Shown: one piece after another, positions 32,911-35,839 of the stretch
Position numbering within the stretch: position 1 is the first letter of the stretch
How the letters are laid out: each line of letters begins with the position of its first letter
Translations under genes and position numbers: made by a program
The notes under the pieces: generated by a model
What the model saw: the letters and a program-made list of their open reading frames with translations, nothing else
Told to the model about the DNA's origin: nothing
Database searches by the model: none
Source: Candidatus Hodarchaeota archaeon
GTDB taxonomy: Archaea; Asgardarchaeota; Heimdallarchaeia; Hodarchaeales; Hodarchaeaceae
Direction of reading: 5' to 3'
Assembly: GCA_016839815.1 (NCBI GenBank)
Contig: JAEOTM010000071.1
Location: 1 to 35,839, forward strand
DNA length: 35,839 bases

Positions 32911-34422
32911 ATGGTTTCTCGTCGAGAAAACATGAAGCGTTATATTAAAGTAATAACAAATCAACTTCCAAAGTATATTTTAAAATACTCAACTGAAGAC
33001 CAGTTGTTTTTAAACAAATTTATTGAACCGTTGCGCTTTAGCGAAGAGGCAAACTATAAACGAAATGATCTTGCACGACGATATCGTGAGGTCCGTGAAT
33101 TTTTCATTAGACATGAATTCTATATTTCATCTCCATTTTTTTGGTTTGTGGACACTTATTTTGAAAATGCTGAGGTTTCTCTTCGAAGCTCGTCCTTTCA
33201 TGCTGACTTGTTTTACGATTATTTATTACCAATATTAAGAGGAACTGCAGGACAGGATGATGGAGTGTTTCAATTGTTAAAGGATGGAATCCCTCTTACT
33301 GATTTCAAATGGGAAAATTTGCAGTATAAAAGTGCAAAGTTACATATTCCTCTCAAATCTTATGAATTAGATATTATTAAAGCCGTCTATGCTCAGCTAA
33401 GATCAAAACCTTTGAATATTCTTAAACCACGACGTGTTCGATCAAATATTTTGAGTCATTTTGAGCTTGCTAAATTATCAAGTAATTTACCTAAGCTTTT
33501 TACCATTCTTAATTCACGATGGACTGTCTGGCCGAATTATCCAGCTTTTGGGATTCAATCTTTTTTTTTCCACTTTCACCTTTCCAATAGAATGACTCTT
33601 GATCAGATAATAGACTTTCAAGCAAAATCTAATGGAATTCTAACTACCTCTAGTGTATATTCGACTAGGGGATTTGAAAACCAATACCTCGGAATTATGC
33701 ACATACCTGAAGGCTCAAATCAATCATTATTTAGCTATCTCGAGAAAAAGAAAGAAGAAAGACATCTTTCAGAAATTTTGTTGGTACCGATAACTGAAAA
33801 TCGATGGACTTATTCATTAGCTCAATATCAAACAGAATCAGGATGGCAAACACTGAATCGCTCGTCTTGGATGGGGAAAGTCCGTTTGATGAAGTTGAAA
33901 GCTCTTCCGCGGAGACGGAAGGAAATTGAGCTAGAATTTGTAACCCCTTCGATGGATCAAAAATGGAATTTTAGGCAGCTAGACAATCCACATACTGCAA
34001 TAGAGTTAGTGTGCAAAAAAAATATTTTTGAATATTCAGATCTACTGTCCGAGATATATACTCCCAAGGAATTGGATCTTCTCAATTTCCTGATTAAGAA
34101 AAAGGCCCTCTTTATCGACTTCTTTCCCTATCGTCTAGGAGCAGAATACTCACTGGATTATTATCTAGTAGAAATTCCAAGAATTTCTTTTTACCAGTTA
34201 AAACGGTTGCTGGAACTCATTCCGTCTACACGAATCGCAAGTACATCCGATAAATATTACATCTTTGCGTACCTGTCACCTACAATGGTGCAACAAATAA
34301 ATACTGATTTAGAATGGTCACTTTATTCTTTGTTACCTACTCATACTGCCGCTCCACGGACACTAGATATGTTTAATATGAAATTACTCAAATGGCAGTT
34401 ACCAAAAATCTTAGCAGAATAG
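32911..34422 (+). CDS. Hypothetical 503-aa protein, possibly a divergent tandem Lrp-like (wHTH + ferredoxin-like) protein
   Basis: Long clean ORF; ELDIIK...PNYPAFGI and ELDLL...PYRLGA segments resemble Lrp HTH-linker repeats. The function call is weak. Confidence 0.5.
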   Translation: MVSRRENMKRYIKVITNQLPKYILKYSTEDQLFLNKFIEPLRFSEEANYKRNDLARRYREVREFFIRHEFYISSPFFWFVDTYFENAEVSLRSSSFHADLFYDYLLPILRGTAGQDDGVFQLLKDGIPLTDFKWENLQYKSAKLHIPLKSYELDIIKAVYAQLRSKPLNILKPRRVRSNILSHFELAKLSSNLPKLFTILNSRWTVWPNYPAFGIQSFFFHFHLSNRMTLDQIIDFQAKSNGILTTSSVYSTRGFENQYLGIMHIPEGSNQSLFSYLEKKKEERHLSEILLVPITENRWTYSLAQYQTESGWQTLNRSSWMGKVRLMKLKALPRRRKEIELEFVTPSMDQKWNFRQLDNPHTAIELVCKKNIFEYSDLLSEIYTPKELDLLNFLIKKKALFIDFFPYRLGAEYSLDYYLVEIPRISFYQLKRLLELIPSTRIASTSDKYYIFAYLSPTMVQQINTDLEWSLYSLLPTHTAAPRTLDMFNMKLLKWQLPKILAE

Positions 34423-34513
34423 ATTAGAGAAGAAAAGTTCAAATAGTTACTCCCGACAATCCTTCAGATAACCTCTAAATTACTTTTAATTTTAGACAGG
34501 TGATTAAATACCT

Positions 34514-35839
34514 ATGGTAAACCCTCAAAATAGTCCCAAATATCCATTGTTACCTAAATCATTAGATTATCCTGATAAGCCTTTGTACAATCTTTTAGAC
34601 AAAGCTGTAGCTTCATTTCCAAACGCTACTGCACTAACTATAGAATCAGGAAGCTTTGATAAGATTGGTACTATGACTTACAAAGAATTTAGCGATGCTA
34701 CCGACAAATTCGCTGCATATCTTGCGAGTAAAGGAATTAATCCTGGTGATCGTGTCGCTGTTTTTTTACCGAATATGATTGAATTCGTCATTGCTTATTA
34801 CGGTATTCTGAAAACTGGTGCTACAATAGTCAGTTTGAATTTTCAGTATCCAGCTCGAGAATTGGAATTTCAATTGAAAGAAACAGGTACAAAGGGGATT
34901 GTCACAGCTGATATGATAACCCCTGCTGCACAACCCTATGAAGTAGTAAAGAAAGTAAGAGATGCAGGGAATACTCCTCTCGAATTCATTGTAGTTGCCA
35001 CCATTGGACAATACTTATCCAAGATCAAGAGTGTTCTTGCTGGAGTAATCGGAAAGAAGTCCAAAAAGGATAAACGTGACACGTACATTCATGAAATTTA
35101 CGGACAGTTTAAGGCTAGTGATCGACCGAAGATAAATCCCCCTAAACCCGATGATATTGCTGTTTTAATGTTCACTGGAGGAACTACTGGTGCTCCAAAA
35201 GCTGCGATGCTTACTCATCGGAATTTATACGCTAATGTCCTTCAAGGTGCAACATGGTTAGATCCACCACCACAAACTGGAAAAACATCAGTCATGGGAA
35301 GTTTACCCTTTTATCATTCATTCGGTGCTACAACAGCGATGAATGTAAGCGTCCATTTCTGTGGAAACTTAGTTTGTATGATGGATCCTAGAGAAAATAA
35401 GTTTACACAACTTTTACACCTGATTCAAAAGTACAAAATTGAAATCTTTTGTTCCATTCCTAGTCTTTATGCCGCCTTATTGAACCATCCTGACCTATCT
35501 AAATATGATTTATCAACTCTGATGGTATCTGTATCAGGAGCTGCTCCTATGCCAGTCGCCACTTTGAAGGAATATGAATCAGTAACAGGTGCAAATTTGG
35601 CTGAGGGCTATGGGTTAACAGAAACCTCTCCAATCGCATGTGCCAATCCTATGATACCTTGGCAAGAAGGCGGAAAACCTCTCAAAAAATCAGGCTCAGT
35701 TGGTGTGCCATTCCCAGATACAGAAGCAATGATCGTGGATCTAGATACAGGGAATACCTCATTAGCCACCAATGAAGAAGGGGAAATTGCCCTCGGTGGA
35801 CCTCAGATTTTCAAAGGATATTTCAAAAAAGAGCAAGCA
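34514..35839 (+). CDS. fadD: Long-chain fatty-acid--CoA ligase (adenylate-forming; runs off window end)
   Basis: Not in ORF track. ATG 34514 after CAGGTGA; GDRVAVFLPN, MFTGGTTGAPKAAMLTHRNL, LPFYHSFG, SGAAP, EGYGLTETSP, GSVGVP and GEIALGGPQIFKGY motifs. Confidence 0.93.
   Translation, partial: MVNPQNSPKYPLLPKSLDYPDKPLYNLLDKAVASFPNATALTIESGSFDKIGTMTYKEFSDATDKFAAYLASKGINPGDRVAVFLPNMIEFVIAYYGILKTGATIVSLNFQYPARELEFQLKETGTKGIVTADMITPAAQPYEVVKKVRDAGNTPLEFIVVATIGQYLSKIKSVLAGVIGKKSKKDKRDTYIHEIYGQFKASDRPKINPPKPDDIAVLMFTGGTTGAPKAAMLTHRNLYANVLQGATWLDPPPQTGKTSVMGSLPFYHSFGATTAMNVSVHFCGNLVCMMDPRENKFTQLLHLIQKYKIEIFCSIPSLYAALLNHPDLSKYDLSTLMVSVSGAAPMPVATLKEYESVTGANLAEGYGLTETSPIACANPMIPWQEGGKPLKKSGSVGVPFPDTEAMIVDLDTGNTSLATNEEGEIALGGPQIFKGYFKKEQA

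Noticed and set aside
7041-35011. Remaining short overlapping track ORFs (e.g. 7041, 7894, 7932, 8530, 9666-11047, 11577, 13572, 16237, 16240, 17538, 20242, 21066, 22899-23537, 29078, 29578, 30700, 32470, 33023, 34766)
   Set aside because: Nearly all lie within or opposite confidently assigned CDS, and none shows recognisable protein features.

Overview
Gene-dense, AT-rich archaeal chromosomal window of about 38 CDS. It is most likely from an Asgard archaeon (Heimdallarchaeia/Hodarchaeales-like). This is inferred from a Rab-like small GTPase lacking a prenylation tail, PolB2, an XPB-like helicase, archaeal BRE/TATA promoters and GGTGA-type Shine-Dalgarno (SD) sites. I saw no rRNA, tRNA, CRISPR array or transposase. 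The most interesting block is a divergent DNA-damage locus at 5729-11518. Its rightward arm is a mutasome-like cassette: catalytically dead RadA paralog, small helical protein, PolB2. Its leftward arm has two paralogous micro-membrane proteins flanking a surface protein, then a DUF72 putative nuclease. The dead RadA keeps a WxxA (FxxA-like) filament-docking motif and ends in a PCNA-binding PIP box; DUF72 and PolB2 also carry PIP(-like) tails. Together this suggests a RadA-filament/PCNA-coupled error-prone repair machine. Other highlights: (i) two genes that can only start at a non-standard codon (ATT best placed), one hiding a Zn finger on the XPB-like helicase, plus three probable CTG/ATA starts; (ii) an Hsp20 gene split by a single in-frame TGA; (iii) a shared ITS-TM-basic C-terminal anchor on three unrelated surface proteins; (iv) a polytopic membrane protein fused to an AbrB-like domain; (v) a structured leader upstream of the Rab-like GTPase; (vi) an MBL-YbaK-AzlCD-Mre11-like operon. 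All family calls come from motif recognition by eye, without database searches.
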